Assembly: GCF_009914755.1 (NCBI RefSeq) | Contig: NC_060936.1 | Direction: 5' to 3' (one strand) | DNA: 64,000 nt | Origin: the human T2T-CHM13v2.0 reference genome, Homo sapiens | In this document: in pieces, positions 1 to 20,833 of the stretch | How positions within the stretch are numbered: the first letter of the stretch is position 1 | Layout: each line of letters begins with the position of its first letter | Notes under the pieces: model-generated | The model's database searches: none | What the model was told of the DNA's origin: nothing | Seen by the model: the letters and a program-made list of their open reading frames with translations, nothing else | Position numbers and translations under genes: made by a program

Positions 1-80
1 AGTAGATGGAAAAGGAACAGCCAGTGCTCACTTACAGGTGATTTTTGTGCTCTGTGAAGGTGGGCCCAGTGTTGCCTGAA

Positions 81-390
81 TTATTTATTTATTTTTATTT
101 ACTTATTTTTAGACGGAGTCTTGCTCTGTCGCCCAGGCTGGAGTGCAGTGGCGCGATCTCGGCTCACTGCAACCTCTGCTTCCTGGGTTCACGCCATTCT
201 CCTGCCTCAGCCTTCTGAGTAGCTGGGACTACATGCACCTGCCACCACGCCCCACTAATTTTTTGTATTTTTAGTAGAGACGGGGTTTCACTGTGTTAGC
301 TAGGATGGTCTTGATCTCCTGACCTCGTGATCCGCCCGCCTCAGCCTCCCAAAGTGCTGGGATTACAGGCGTGAGCCACTGAGCCCAGCC
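81..390 (-). mobile_element. Alu (AluY/Sc-like)
   Basis: Full dimer, antisense, T-rich tail at left. Confidence 0.93.
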
Positions 391-1131
391 CGAACTTTTG
401 ATTTTTTTAAAAAAGAAATCAGAAGTTTTCAAATGTTTGTGAAATCATCAGTTTTCTAAATATTGGCAATCAATTCCAAAAGTTTTATAACGTGTTACAA
501 GCCAAATAAAGCACATCTATAGGCTCGATGGTCTATGGGCACCCCTTGTGATCTCTGCTTTAAATCATTTGATGTCTGAATTGGTGGAAGGGACACGGGA
601 GCACACACCAGCCTGGGGAGCCCACTAGAGTACAGAATGCAAACTACAGGGACACATGCCTTTGAGCAGGTAGTAGATAGCCAGGGCCTGTCAAGTTATT
701 AGGTGTCCCAGGCCAGGTAATAACTCCTTGGAGTTGTGAAAAGTATATTTCATTTCCATGCCATCATGTTTGTAACATGCTATTTATAGTGCCCAGTTAT
801 CATTTTTCCCAAAGTGCAATTTTTCTCCCATGAAGTACTCATAATCTTAAGTAATGTAGTTGATATGTAACCCAGAAACTCCTACTTGATTAGAAGACAG
901 TTATTGGTAGTATGCCATTGATAGATTTGTTAATTTTTTGTTATATTTATTCAAATGCATATTCATGGTAGAACAATTAGCACTTTCTAGTTTTCATTCT
1001 AAATAATGGATATTATAAATAATGGTCTCCAATATTGACTCTTTTGAGTAATTCTATCAGGGACATGTTGAAATTCCAATGACCATTTTTTTTTTTTTTT
1101 TTGCCTTAGAGGCATCTTTTGTACATAATGT

Positions 1132-1445
1132 ATTTCTTTTTTTTTTTTTTTCCCTCAAGACAGGGCCTCACTCTGCCACCCAGATTGGAGTGCAGTGACA
1201 CCATCAGGGCTCACTGCAGCCTTGACCTCCCTGGGCCCGAGTGATCCTCCCACCTCATCCTCCCGAATAGCTGGGACTATAGGTGCACGCCACCACACCT
1301 GGCTAATTTTCTTATTTTTTGTAGAGAGAGGGTTTCATTATGTTGCCCAGGCTGGTCTCAAACTCCTGTGCTCAAGCAATTCACCGAGATTACAGGCCTG
1401 AGATTACAGGTGCTGAGATTACAGGCCTGAGCCACCGTGCCCAGT
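1132..1445 (-). mobile_element. Alu (AluJ-like) with internal triplication
   Basis: Antisense dimer; gagattacagg x3 at 1386-1426. Confidence 0.9.
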
Positions 1446-1593
1446 CCTCATAATGCATTTCACACACCATAGTGTGGTGAGCACATTCTTTCACTGAAAT
1501 AACACTATCCATATTCACATATACAACTGGCATTGTTAGAAACATCTGCTATACATATGTCTTTATGAGTTGCATCCTATTAGAGCACCACAG

Positions 1594-2342
1594 TGTTTCG
1601 GTGACCAGTGAGTGCTGGTTTACCATCAGCTTTCATTGTTCCCTTCTGACGGTGTATTTCTCAGTTTTTTCCTGGGCCCAGTGCTGCCCAGAGTAAAGGC
1701 TACATTCTTCACTCCTCCTCGCAGCCAAATGGCATAAGACTAGTACCAGCCAATGATATATAACAAGTGATGTGGGTAACTTTTAATGTCCTTAAAGGGA
1801 GACAGTGTGCTCCTTATTTTGTGCCACCGCTTAGAACATGATCAAATGGCAAGCCACCTGAGATAGTATGGTCTAGACTAGAAGGCTGTACAACAACAGA
1901 GGAAGAGCCTGGCTCCTGGATGACCTCATGGAGCAGAGATTCCATGAGGAATCTCCTCCTGTCTACCTCCATACTGTTACATAAGAGAAAAACCTCTGGC
2001 TGGGCGTGGTGGCTCACGCCTGTAATCCCAGCACTTTGGGAGGCTGAGGTGGGTGGATCACAAGGTCAGGAGATTGAAATCATCCTAGCTAACATGGTGA
2101 AACCCTGTCTCTACTAAAAATACAAAAAAATTAGCCAGGCGTGGTGACGGGCACTTGTAGTCCCAGCTACTCAGGAGGCTGAGGCAGGAGAATGGCGTCA
2201 ACCAGGAGGTAGAGCTTGCAGTGAGCCGAGATCACGCCACTGCACTCCAGCCTGGGCGACAGAGCGAGACTCCGTCTCAAAAAAAAAAAAATAGAAAAAG
2301 TTCCATCTTGACTAAGTCACTCTTGCTTAGGTGTCTGTTACA
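1594..2342. mobile_element. Old MaLR (MLT1-type) LTR split by an Alu
   Basis: TG...CA ends and MLT1-like motifs (gagcctggctcctggatgacctcatggagcag; gtgtctgttaca). Confidence 0.45.
1997..2291 (+). mobile_element. Alu (AluY-like)
   Basis: Full dimer with A tail. Confidence 0.93.
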
Positions 2343-2940
2343 TCAGCCAGGCTACATCCCAACTAAATCTCTACCCTAACCTTTGCGAGACAAACCATTG
2401 CATTGAGATTATATAAAGGGAAGTTGGGGGAGAAAGAGAAATATATGATGATGATACTGGTCAATGTTCCCTATTCTTCAGTTTTTAAAATATTTTTTAA
2501 AATTCAAGTTCAAACTAATATATATGCTAAAATAAATATGAAACTAAGCACATAGTTTGTATTAGCATCTAATATCATGATGACTTTATTTTACTTTTTC
2601 TACTTTATTTTTTCATTCTCCATAGTTCTTTATTCAGCAAATGCACATTGAACAGCAGAATTCTGTTTTAAACACCATGAAGGAACACTGAAGCACTATG
2701 AGGAGCAATGAGGTGGATAAAAAAGTACTTACTTTCTCTAAGGAGATTACAGTGTACTTGTGGAGATAAAATGTTTCTTAAAAGGTGGCATGTGATAAGT
2801 GCCATGGAAAGGATCCCAAGGAGGCATGTCGGCTCAGAGGAGACATCCCTGTCACCCGTGGGCCTTCATGACCAAGAGATTGTTTGAGGAGGTTTATTTT
2901 TATTGCATTTCAAAAGAATATTACCTCAATAACAACATAT

Positions 2941-3259
2941 GGCCAGGTGCAGTGGCTCACACATATAATCCTAGCACTTTGGGAGGCCAAGGCCAGAGGA
3001 TTGCTTGAGCCCAGGAGTTCAAGAGCAGCCTGGGCAATACAGTGAGACCGTCTCTACAAGAAATAAAAATAAAAAATAAAAAAAATAGCCAGGTATGGTG
3101 GCACATGCCTGTGATACTTGAGGAGCTGAAATGGGAAGATCACTTGAGCCCGGGAGGTTGAGGCTGCAGTGAGCCATGATCATACCATTGCACCCCAGTC
3201 TGGGCAACAGAGCGAGACCCTCTCTCAAAACAAACCAACCAACAAACAAACAAACAAAA
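2941..3259 (+). mobile_element. Alu (AluJ-like), (AAAC)n tail
   Basis: Full dimer. Confidence 0.92.
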
Positions 3260-3901
3260 GCAATGTAGGTATTTTTTGTTACTGGATAGTTTATGTAACT
3301 GTTCTTTCAGATTCTGTCTATCCTTTAAGCACATAACAATGATCTTTGCATTTTCATCTTACTCTCAAACATTTTACTGAGATTATGTTATTATAATCGT
3401 TAACAAATTTATCTCTGGGTATAAAAATTTCCTCATTATTAATAAGGAAATAAAACAAAGTAATGGTGATGATACAATCTTTTCTTAGATTGCAAATATT
3501 CTCATAAGTTATTACAAAAAATATTCCCTATTTATTGGGCAAACAGTGCCCCCTTTTGACCACTGGATCCTATGAAAGAAATCCTAAGACAATAGACTCT
3601 TCATCTCTGCTAAAAATTGAATTATATAGAGAGTTATATAGATGTATATTATTAGATCTAATTATATATAACATTTATGTTATATCACTATAATACCTAA
3701 TTATATATTTTATATATGGTATATAATTTCTAAAGAAACTATCCTATATAACTTTAAGGATATATTGTGTGCTTTTTATTATTTATTTTTTAGACTCATG
3801 TTGTATTTTGTTAAGTGATTAGGTCCACTAGAGTGTTTAATGGCAGTTTTGTAAGATCCACATTTTAGTTTTATGAATCTTCTTTATCCTGTCTGATTCA
3901 G

Positions 3902-4327
3902 GTTGAATACGAAGGCTTAAAGCATGAGATTAAGCGATTTGAGGAGGAGACGGTACTGCTGAACAGCCAGCTGGAAGATGCCATCCGATTGAAAGAGATT
4001 GCTGAGCACCAACTGGAAGAAGCCCTCGAGACTTTAAAAAATGAAAGAGAGCAAAAGAACAACCTGCGGAAGGAGCTCTCCCAGTATATCAGCCTCAATG
4101 ATAACCATATCAGCATCTCAGTAGATGGACTCAAATTTGCCGAGGATGGGAGTGAACCAAACAATGATGACAAAATGAACGGTCATATCCATGGGCCTCT
4201 TGTGAAACTGAATGGAGACTATCGGACTCCCACCTTAAGGAAAGGAGAGTCTCTGAACCCTGTCTCTGACTTATTCAGTGAGCTGAACATTTCAGAAATA
4301 CAGAAGTTGAAGCAGCAGCTTATGCAG
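3902..4327 (+). CDS. BICD1: BICD1 coding exon (probably exon 4), 426 nt, phase 0-0; coiled coil plus Spindly-like motif LFSEL
   Basis: Acceptor ...ctgattcag|GTTGAA, donor ATGCAG|gtaaga. Translates [16 protein letters not shown]...[21 protein letters not shown], recognisable Bicaudal-D family sequence. Confidence 0.97.
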
Positions 4328-4399
4328 GTAAGAACTTTGTTTAGGGCCGCTAGAGTGAATTTCTTGTAGATTGCAGGTAGCATGTTGTGGGACTTCTGA

Positions 4400-4748
<349 letters not shown>

Positions 4749-4861
4749 CAGCTTTCTTTTCTAAATATTGCTTCTTCAACTAGAAACTTCGAAAGTGCAG
4801 TATTTTAGAAAGACATGACAGAAGGAGCGTTAAAGAGAAATGCAGTCTCTCATTTGCATCA

Positions 4862-5248
<387 letters not shown>

Positions 5249-6589
5249 ACAGAGCCTTAATGCATTTCTGATTAACAAAAGAATTCAAAAGCTTTATATA
5301 CAAGTAAAATGATGGAAACCATGCAGTTTTTCATCACAAGCAACTGTGTTTATAGCTTCCAGATTTATGGTTACATTTCACAGGAATACTTGAAGCCTTA
5401 AAAGACGTAAAGGACTTCCTATGTACAAATTATCCAGGATACCGTATGATTAAAAATACAGAACAGGTATAATCTAAGACCAAAGGATTCTTATTGCAAC
5501 ATGAGTTAAACCTTAAATTTTTAGCATCTTCAAAACAAATGTCTTGTGAAGATCCCAGCCTTGAAAAAATCGCTTTCTAGTTTAGAGTCTTGCCTTCCTG
5601 CCACATGTAATGGAAATGTTGTTTAAGAAACAGCAGCATTACCATCACCTGGGGGCTTATTTATACAAATTGTGGAGCTCCGTGTAGATCTACTGAACTA
5701 GAAACTGAACTAGAAATCTGGTATAACAAGCTTGTTAAGTGATTAAATTTGAGGCTTAATCTTCAATCTCAATCTTATCTCTCCAAGGTTCTTCATGTAT
5801 AGCTGATAATTAGAGGCTGTTAAGCCTCTGGCAGTCATCTGCCTCCACGGAAATGATGACTGGAAAAGTGAAATTAGCAGAAATAAGTAAGAGAACAGAG
5901 AGCCAATGATGTTGATTTGTTAACAGGTTTATTTTCTATGTCTTTTTGCTCAGTTTACACTAATATGACTAGATTGATTGAAACAGAAAACATATTTCCT
6001 TGTGAAAAAGTTTTACATGACAGATGTATTCATAAGAATTTGTGCCCCCCAGATTGAATACCATTAAATAGAAGTTTTATGAGTTTTGTTTAACTCTCAT
6101 ATTGGTGGCTTTGAGATAAAAAGTTAGTGGGTTCAGGCTTTTTGTTTATTCCTTTTGTTTTGGTGGCAGTGCAGAAGATAATAGGAAAAGAGGCTTCTAT
6201 GCATGAAACAGCACAACAATTTTCAACCAGGTCATCTATTGGCTGAAAGCTCAGAGCTGTGCTCAGATTTAATTCTAAATGTGATCTGAATTGGGTAATA
6301 CAAAAGTCTAAAAAAGATGAAAAGTTCAATTAAAAGAATGGTGGAAAACAAGTAAGTACTCAGCTGGAGACTGGCTCTCCTGAGTTCTCAATAGACTGTC
6401 GTTTTCGTTTGGTTTAGGCGGTTCCTCATTGCCAGAGAATGTTTTCTTCCTTGAGAAGGTTTAGCGTCTCTGATCCCAACTCATGAGATGCTGGTTACAT
6501 TTCCTCAGTTGAAGTGATGACCAGAAACTCCCCATGTATTTCAAATGCTCTGAGAGTCAGCCACTAGTTGACAGTCATTCTTAGAGGAC

Positions 6590-6730
6590 AGCACTTTACT
6601 TTCCCATGGAATGGGATACATAATACCTTCCTCGTTAGAGTGTCATGAAGGTTTATGAGTTATATGCAGAGTGCTGAGAACAGGGACTAGTGCACAGTAA
6701 ATGCTCATTAATTATGAACTGTTATCATTA
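6590..6730 (+). mobile_element. MIR fragment
   Basis: MIR core-like atgggatacataatacct...cacagtaaatgctcattaattat. Confidence 0.5.
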
Positions 6731-7544
6731 TTTCAACTCCATTGGTCCTTTAATTTATTAGGCACTCACTTTATAATAATTTAGATAATTATTATTAACT
6801 ATTATTTTTGGGCTATTAGCTCAAGGCCAATCACCCCAAAAGGGACTGATGTGGATACTGGTAGGAATATAGAAAAATAACAGTTAAGTCTCATGGTGCA
6901 AGAAGGTCTGAAAAAGGATATTCATTTAGCAAAATGTTAGGGTGAGAAAAACTTTGCTGGATAAACCCTCCATCAGTCTATTGAGAAAGCTGTGTCCCTT
7001 CAAATCTTTCTTCAACCCTTAACTGATGTTGACAGTTTGCAAAGATGTAGAGGGGCGCAGGTAGGTCCTTATATCCCAAAGTTTGCTCCAGATTTAGTTG
7101 TGAAAACCAGGTTCAACACAGGAAGGGCTTTGCAGCTTCCAATCTCATACTAACAACACTAACTGTAAATTTTTTTTTAGGTAGAATATCCATTTATCTT
7201 CTTGTAATCAGCGTTTTTAAAAAGCATGTCAGCTTTTCCTAAGAATATATTTTATTCAAACAAGTATATTCATGAGAAGTATACCTTCTCATGAACTATT
7301 TTTTTGCAATACAGTTTTTTCCTTAGCCACACATCTTTTTGGGTTAAATTTATGTAAATAAACACATTACAAAAACATTACAGGATACATTGCCTAGAAT
7401 TTATTGTAATTGGCTTTGATGTTAATAAGGATTAAAAATAATATGGCAAGTCTGATCAATGAGAGTACTGTGCACCTGAAGCATATATGTGTCAGTACCA
7501 TTGTTCTGGAAATTATGAAGAGGAACCAATCAAATGTACTTTAA

Positions 7545-7880
7545 GTATAGCTATCTGGAATGCTTGGGACCAGGTGTGTTTTAAAAATTCAGGTTTCAGA
7601 TTGTAGAAAGGTAATATGCAGCATATACCACATAGATTGTGATATCTCCACTGGGATCAGATGCAGCATCCGGTGATCAAATAATATTAACATTTCTGCA
7701 GTGAAACATGAGTATTCACACTAAGAATAAGATGAGGACCATTAAAGGCCTTACACCAGTCAGGTGCAGTTTGGCTGCCCTGGGAGTTTAGGACTGTCTG
7801 AATACTGCCAAGTGAGTTTTATCATAATCAAGTGAATTATGATAAAACTTGATTTCGAGCTTTTTGGATTTTGCAGTTGC
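7545..7880 (+). mobile_element. Tigger4/MER46-like DNA transposon relic
   Basis: tatctggaatgcttgggaccaggtgtgttt...gagctttttggatttt motifs. Confidence 0.5.
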
Positions 7881-7982
7881 AGGCGTTGTAGGAATAGCAC
7901 TGTCCTGTTGGGCGGCTGTCAGTTTTGCGCACCTCAGCTTATAGTGTCAACATACTTGGAACGTGACAGTTTGTATTTTCAT

Positions 7983-8126
7983 TTTTTTTTATTATTATTA
8001 TACTTTAAGTTCTAGGGTACATGTGCACAATGTGCAGGTTTGTTACATATGTATACATGTGCCATGTTGGTGTGCTGCACCCATTAACTCGTTATTTACA
8101 TTAGGTATATCTCCTAATGCTATCCC
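7983..8126 (-). mobile_element. Very short 5'-truncated L1PA (3' UTR end only)
   Basis: L1PA 3' terminus flanked by a perfect 19-bp repeat TGACAGTTTGTATTTTCAT (7964-7982, 8127-8145). Confidence 0.92.
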
Positions 8127-8347
8127 TGACAGTTTGTATTTTCATAGTTCCTTTATCTCTTAGGATTTCTCCTGGCCTGGATCCAAAACACTGCATGGGA
8201 GAGGCCGCCTTGTGCCTCTAATCCAACAGCTGTGCTTAGCTAACAGCTCATGACAGTGTAGAGGGGCACAGGCAAGGCTGTAACGCCCTGAACCAGGTGA
8301 TATGCAGCAGTTCAGGTTTTCTTCCTTCTGATCAAGTACCCCTTTGA

Positions 8348-9065
8348 TGGAGTAAGTTCAAGAGATCTATAGTACAACACAGTGACTGTAGTTAATAACA
8401 ATGTATTGTATTGAAAATAAAAGAGTAGATTTTAAGTGTTCTCAGTGTTGTAGAACCCCTAAATGTAGGTCCACGTGTTGGATGGGCAGTAAGCCAAATA
8501 CTGACACATCAGTGCTTAGCAGCAGAGAAAGGTGTATTCATTTTTCCAAAAATGACATTGTGGGAGAGGCAATCGGTCAAATCCTACCTGCCTTTGAACG
8601 TAACTGGGGGTTTTTGTGAGTAAGGCAGCTGTGCAGGAGAATGAAATCCCCCAATGATCAAAGTTGTTTGTGTCCCGCAGCTCAATCAGACTTCTGGATG
8701 CCATCAAGGAGGTCTGCATGACCTAAGGATCATTGTTCTTTGAAAGGAAAACAAGTTCATTAATCTTACTGGCTGCCAGGGTTAGGATGCAAAGTTAATC
8801 AATTATTAGTGACTACCGTCTACCGAATGACTACGTGCAAGCAGTCATGCATGGAGGAAGAAAAGGACAAAGAGAAAGGAAAATAAGTAAAAAACAAACG
8901 TTTAATGATTTTGATAATATAGGCTCAGTTACATCACCACAAACATGATAAGTATGTCAGGTCATGCATGTCATAATTAGCTCAATTTCCACTTTGCCTA
9001 CATATTTCAAAACATCATGTTGTACATGATAAATATGTACAATTTTTGTCAGTTAAAATAAATAC
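8348..9065 (+). mobile_element. Old L1M(A) 3' end interrupted by an LTR
   Basis: gagtagattttaagtgttctca...caccacaaa joins across the insert at 8446-8933; ends in an A-rich tail. Confidence 0.65.
8446..8933. mobile_element. Solo LTR (ERV1 class, subfamily unassigned)
   Basis: TG...CA termini, 4-bp TSD tcag/tcac, interrupts the L1M cleanly. Confidence 0.6.
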
Positions 9066-9224
9066 ATTAATTTGTTTTTAAAGAACTCCTTTGAAAACAG
9101 TATACCTAGTCCATATACCCTTTCGGCCTTTTCTTCTCCTACAAGGCTCAATGTATGCCCATGATTTATGTTTTCCCATCCATAGGTATTTATTTAACCT
9201 GGTTCCAGGAAAAAAAAATGCCTC

Positions 9225-10277
<1,053 letters not shown>

Positions 10278-10454
10278 CCTCTGCCTTAATTATCAGGAAT
10301 GTTGAGTGAATTGTTTTGCTTCTCTGAGGCTCATTCAAAAGGGGAAGGTAATAAATTAGCCCCACCATTTGTCTCTGCCATGCCTTTGTTGGAACTATGG
10401 AAAAAACAAAACAAAACAAAACAAAAATCAGGTCTCCTTCTTGAAGCCATCATA

Positions 10455-10468
10455 CTGCCATCTGCTGG
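10455..10468 (-). promoter_or_regulatory. Candidate CTCF binding site
   Basis: Minus strand CCAGCAGATGGCAG(TA) matches consensus CCASYAGRKGGCRS at all 14 positions. Confidence 0.55.
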
Positions 10469-11589
10469 GAAATGGTAATAACAAGTATAAACATTTATAG
10501 CTACTACAATTTAAATAGCACCTCCTGGAGTTGTTTGCATACAACCTGCAGACTTCTGCATTGAAGCCCTGGTGATAATGCCATGCCTCCTCTGTAGAAT
10601 TGTGAGGACCAAATGGGATGGTAAATATGAAACTATGTATAAGTCATAACATTTTATAAATTATTATTGTCCTGGAAACTGCCATCAGGTTTCGAGATGC
10701 CAAGAAGGTCCCCACTATCCCTGTGTATAAACGGTCAATACATAAATTATAAAAAGTATGGGAAAGGCAAGTGGTGGTAAGCCTGTATCTAAATTAGGGA
10801 GAGCTTTTTCTCAGAATAAATTAGAGTGAATATTTTACTGAATTGTATGCCTTCCTAGGTTATGGAATAAAATACAGGAATATTTTAAACTTAGCTAATC
10901 ATGCTAAGTTTCACATAATACAGAAACATATACACAAAAAATACAGTAAGAAAACATTTTGATTCACCTCAGTCTCTATAAACTTGACAATAGTCCTTGA
11001 TAGTGAATAGTTCAATGAGTGTCATCCTTTATTCATGAGAGAAGTTTTTCAGAGTATTATCGGATAAATTATTTTGGTTTTTTGGTGCCCTCAAGACCTC
11101 ATTATTTCAAATAGGTTGTAATTGACATTTTCCAGTGGCAGTCAAATACCTTAATTAGTTTTATTAGAATGAAAATAAGTAGATTCTGTCTGGAAATACT
11201 AACTAAATTACTTAATCAATTTAAAGGTGTCCTGTATGCTTGTGCTGAAATTTCTGTCTTTGATAAATAGCCTCTAACTTTACATCTGCATAGAGTCAAA
11301 CTAAGCAGGGGAAAACTCTTTGGATTTTTTTTTTTCAGTATTATGCTGGGTATATAATTTCACATGTAGTATGAGAAAACAGTAATGTTTCTGTAAAACT
11401 AAAATTAATATATTCTGTTGCATCCTCATGGATGTGGAAGAAATATATTCATATTATGTTTTGATCCACTCTATTAAAGGCAATTTTAGTTTTTTCTATA
11501 ATGATTGATGTTAAGTGGTGATGGTAATTTGCTATATGTCCCATAAGAGTTCAAAGCAATTTTTATATATTTGCTTAATTGGTTGCTGC

Positions 11590-11705
11590 TTATAACAACT
11601 GTATGGGGTAGAGAGTATTATTATCTTCATATTATAGATAGGGAAACTGAGGCATGACTGTGTTATGTCATTAGTTCAAGGTCAAAAATCTAGTAAGTGG
11701 AGTTG
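11590..11705 (-). mobile_element. MIR fragment
   Basis: atagataggga aactgaggca core. Confidence 0.55.
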
Positions 11706-11890
11706 CTACACAGAGACAGTCGAACAAGTGAAATATTATCTCTGCTTAAAGACTCACAGAATATTTATAGGATGACATTAATGAAAACAAGATTGGTTAG
11801 TTCTTGGGTTCTGAAACTTAAAGTGACAAGTATAATTATTTCCTAGTACAAAGCTGACAAATGGCTAAACTATTACAGATTTTATAGTTA

Positions 11891-12215
<325 letters not shown>

Positions 12216-12896
12216 ATGGAATCATACAATGTGTGGTCTTTTGTGACTGGCTTCTTTCACTTAGCATAACATTTTAAAGGTTCGTCCATGCTGTAATATA
12301 TCAGCACTTCATTTTCATTTCTTTCTGTTGTCAAATAATACTCCATGGTATGCAGATACCACATTTCATGTAACCATTCATCAGTTGATGGACACTTTAG
12401 TTGTTTGTTTTTTTAGCTATTATCAATAAAGCTGCTATGAACATTTGTGTACAAGTTTTCGTGTGCACGTATGTTTTAATTCCCGGGGGAGTTAATACTA
12501 GAGGTGGAAATGCTGGGTCATATGGTAATTCTATGTTTTACCTTCTGAGGAACTGCTAGTTTTGAAAACAAATCGAGTGTACCATTTTTTATCCCCACCA
12601 GCAGTGTATGAGTGTTCCGATTTCTCCACATTCTCACTAACACTTGTTATTATGTGCCTTTTCAATCATAGCCATCCTGGTGGATGTGAAGTGGTATTTC
12701 ATTATCATCTTGACTTGTATTTCCTTGATGGCTATGATGTTGAGCATCTTTTCATGTGCTTATCTGCTCTTTTATATCTTCTGTGGAAAAATGTGTATTC
12801 AGATTATTTTTTGACTGGGTTGTCTTTTTATTTCTGAGTTGAAAGTGTTCTTTACTGATTTGGATACAAATCCCTCATCATAAAAGTGATTTATGA

Positions 12897-13166
<270 letters not shown>

Positions 13167-14043
13167 TAATCTTGATGTGTCTAGTTTATTTTTTTCTTTT
13201 GTTGTTTGTGCTTTTGGTGTCATACAAAACTGTTGTCTAATCTAAGGTCATGAACATTCATGGCTAGGTTTTCCTCTAAGAGTTTTATAGTTTATCTCTT
13301 ACATTTAGGTCTTTGATCCATTTTGACTTAATTTTTGAATATGATATGAGGAAGAGATCAACATTACTATTTTACACGTGGGCATCCAGTTGTCCCAGCA
13401 CCATTTGTTGAAAAGACTATTCTATTCTTTCTTTCCCCTATTGAATTATCTTTGTACCCTTGTCCAAAATCAACTGGTCATAGATGTATATATGGGCTTA
13501 TTTCTAGACTTTCAATTCTATTCCATTAATTTATATGTCTGTTTTTATGCCAATACTATAGTATCTTGATTATAGTTTTTTTGTAGCAATTTTTGAAATA
13601 GGAAAGTTTGCTAGTTCTTTTTCAAGAAGTTTCTTCAGGACTGTTTTGGCTATTCTAGGTCCTTTGCCTTTCCATATAAATTTTATGACCATCTTGTCAA
13701 TTTCTGCAAAGAATCCAGCTGAAATTCTGTTGGAGTTTGCATTGAATATGTAAATCAATTTGGGTAGTATTGCCATCTTAACATTCAGTTTTTTGACCCA
13801 GAAACAGGGGCTGTTTATCCCTTTATTTAGGTCTTCTTTCATTTCTTTCAACAATGCTTTATAATTTTCAGAGTACAGATGGTCCTTGACTTGTGATGGT
13901 TCGTCTAGACTTTTTTATTTAACAATGGTGTTAAAGCAATACCATTTAGTAGAAACCATACTTTGAGTACCTATACAACTGTTCTGTTTTTCATTTTCAG
14001 TACAGTAGTCAATAAATTACATGAGATAGTAAACATTTTATTA

Positions 14044-14434
<391 letters not shown>

Positions 14435-14464
14435 CTAGAATGTTTGGTAGGTTATGTGTATTAA

Positions 14465-14800
<336 letters not shown>

Positions 14801-14893
14801 CATACTTAGGATATTTTCAATTTACAATGGTTTTATTGAGATGTAACCCCATCACAAGTTGAGGAGCGTCTGTATACATTTTGCACTTCTTTT

Positions 14894-16760
<1,867 letters not shown>

Positions 16761-16773
16761 TTAAATTTATTCC

Positions 16774-17137
<364 letters not shown>

Positions 17138-17782
17138 TCACTGCTAGTATATAGAAATACAACTGATGTTCGTATATTGATTTTGTATCCTGCCACCTTG
17201 CTATACTTGCTTATTAGTCCTAATAGTTGTTTCTTAGTGAATTCCTTAAGAATTTCTATTAATATATACAAGAGCACGTCATCTGCAAATAAAGATCATT
17301 TTACTTTTTTCTTTCCAATCTCAATACCTTTTATTTGATTTTCTCACCTAAGTTCCCTGGCTAGAACTCTAGTACAATGATGAATAAAAATGGCAAGAGC
17401 AGCCATCCTTGTTTTGCTCTGGGTGTTTCATAGATGCCCTTTATCCGGGTGAGGGAGTTTTCTTCTATGACTAGATTGTTGACTTTTTTTTATTATCACA
17501 AATGGATATTAAATTTTGTCAAATGCTTTTTCTTCATATATTGAGATGATCATGTGGTTTTTGTCATGTATTCTATTAGTATGGTATATTATATTTATTG
17601 ACTCTTGAATGTTAAATCAACATTGTGTTTCTATGATTGCATTTGGTTATGTTGCTGGATTCAGTTTGCTAGTATTTTGTTGAGGATTTTGTGTCTATAT
17701 TCATAAGAGGTCTTGGTCTTTAGTTTTCTTTTCTTATAATATGTTTCTCTGGGAGGGAGAGGTCGTTTGTTTTTTAGTTTCG

Positions 17783-18067
<285 letters not shown>

Positions 18068-18424
18068 TAATACTGGTCTCATAAGAGTTGGGAAGGGCCC
18101 CTCTCCCTCCATCTTTTTTAGTCTTCGTCCAGTTGACTGACTTTTGTGTGTTAGTGTGCATGAATTTTCTTTTCACCACACACTCTAAAGTAGACACTTT
18201 TAACAACTGATGAATTCCCTCATATAGAGTTTCTTTGTTCTATCTTGATCTTTTTTCATAGAATTATCTTTTGTTGGGGCACAGATATGCATTATCAGAG
18301 TTGTTTCTCTTCAAGCAGAGAAGAACAAATTATTTAGGAGTTCCGTTTGTGCATATCGATGCTATGTATACTGTTAGAAGAATCACATGATCATTTAAGT
18401 GTCAAACTGAGAGTCAAAAGACTT

Positions 18425-18868
18425 GGCTGGGCAGGGTGGCTCTCACCTGTAATCCCAGCACTTGGGAAAGCCAAGTTGGCAGGATTGCATGAGGCCAGGA
18501 ACTCAAGATCAGTCTGGGCTGCATAGAGAGACCCCATCTCTATTTATAAAAAGGTTTTGAGGCTGGGCACGGTGGCTCACACCTGTAATCCCAACACTTT
18601 GGGAGGCCGAGGCGGGCAGATCACATGAGGTCAGGAGTTCAAGACCAGCCTGGCCAACATGGTGAAACCCCATCTCTACTAAAAATACAAAAATTAGCCA
18701 GGTGTGTTGGCACGTGCCTGTAATCCCAGCTACTCGGGAGGCTGAGGCAGGAGAATTGCTTGAACTGGGAGGCAGAGGTTGCAGTGATCCAAGATCACGC
18801 CACTGCACTCCAGTCTGGGCGACAGAGTGAGACTCCGTCTCAAAATAAGTAAATAAATAAAAAATAAA
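18425..18868 (+). mobile_element. Alu left monomer (FLAM-like, 18425-18550) followed by AluS 'A' (18561-18868)
   Basis: Monomer plus full dimer. Confidence 0.9.
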
Positions 18869-18869
18869 A

Positions 18870-20279
<1,410 letters not shown>

Positions 20280-20528
20280 CTAAGCCTTAATAGCTGAGTG
20301 AAAATACAGTGTTGGAGTTTTACAAAATTACCTGTATTTTAGTAATTTTTTTGTCAGGCCAAACTTAATTATCTGGGAGAAATATATATAGATAGATAGA
20401 TATGATATATTTATATGTGTATAATATATATTTACATATGTGTGTAATATATATGTAATTTGGATACAATTTCCTATTCAATTGATTTCAGCAGAAACGT
20501 ATTAAATATAGAAAGTAGTACTGTATAG

Positions 20529-20833
20529 CAGCAGTCCCCAACTTTTTTTGGACCAGTGATCTGTTTCATGGAAGACAATTTTTCCACAGATAGGGTGCGG
20601 GTGGTCTGGGGCCATTAGATCTCATAAGGAGCTTGCAACCTAGATCCCTCGCATGCGCAGTTCACAATAGGGTTCGCACTCCTATGGCAATCTGATGCTG
20701 CCACTCATCTGACAGGAGGCAGAGCTCAGGCGGTAATGTTTGCTCGCCTGCCACTCACCTCCTGCTGTGTGGCCTGGTTCCTAATAGGCCACAAACTGGT
20801 ACTGGTCAGAGGCCTGGGAGTTGGGGACTCCTG
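20529..20833 (+). mobile_element. MER1B-like hAT-Charlie MITE
   Basis: TIRs cagcagtccccaac / gttggggactcctg; degenerate 8-bp TSD ctgtatag/ttgtgtag. Confidence 0.88.
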
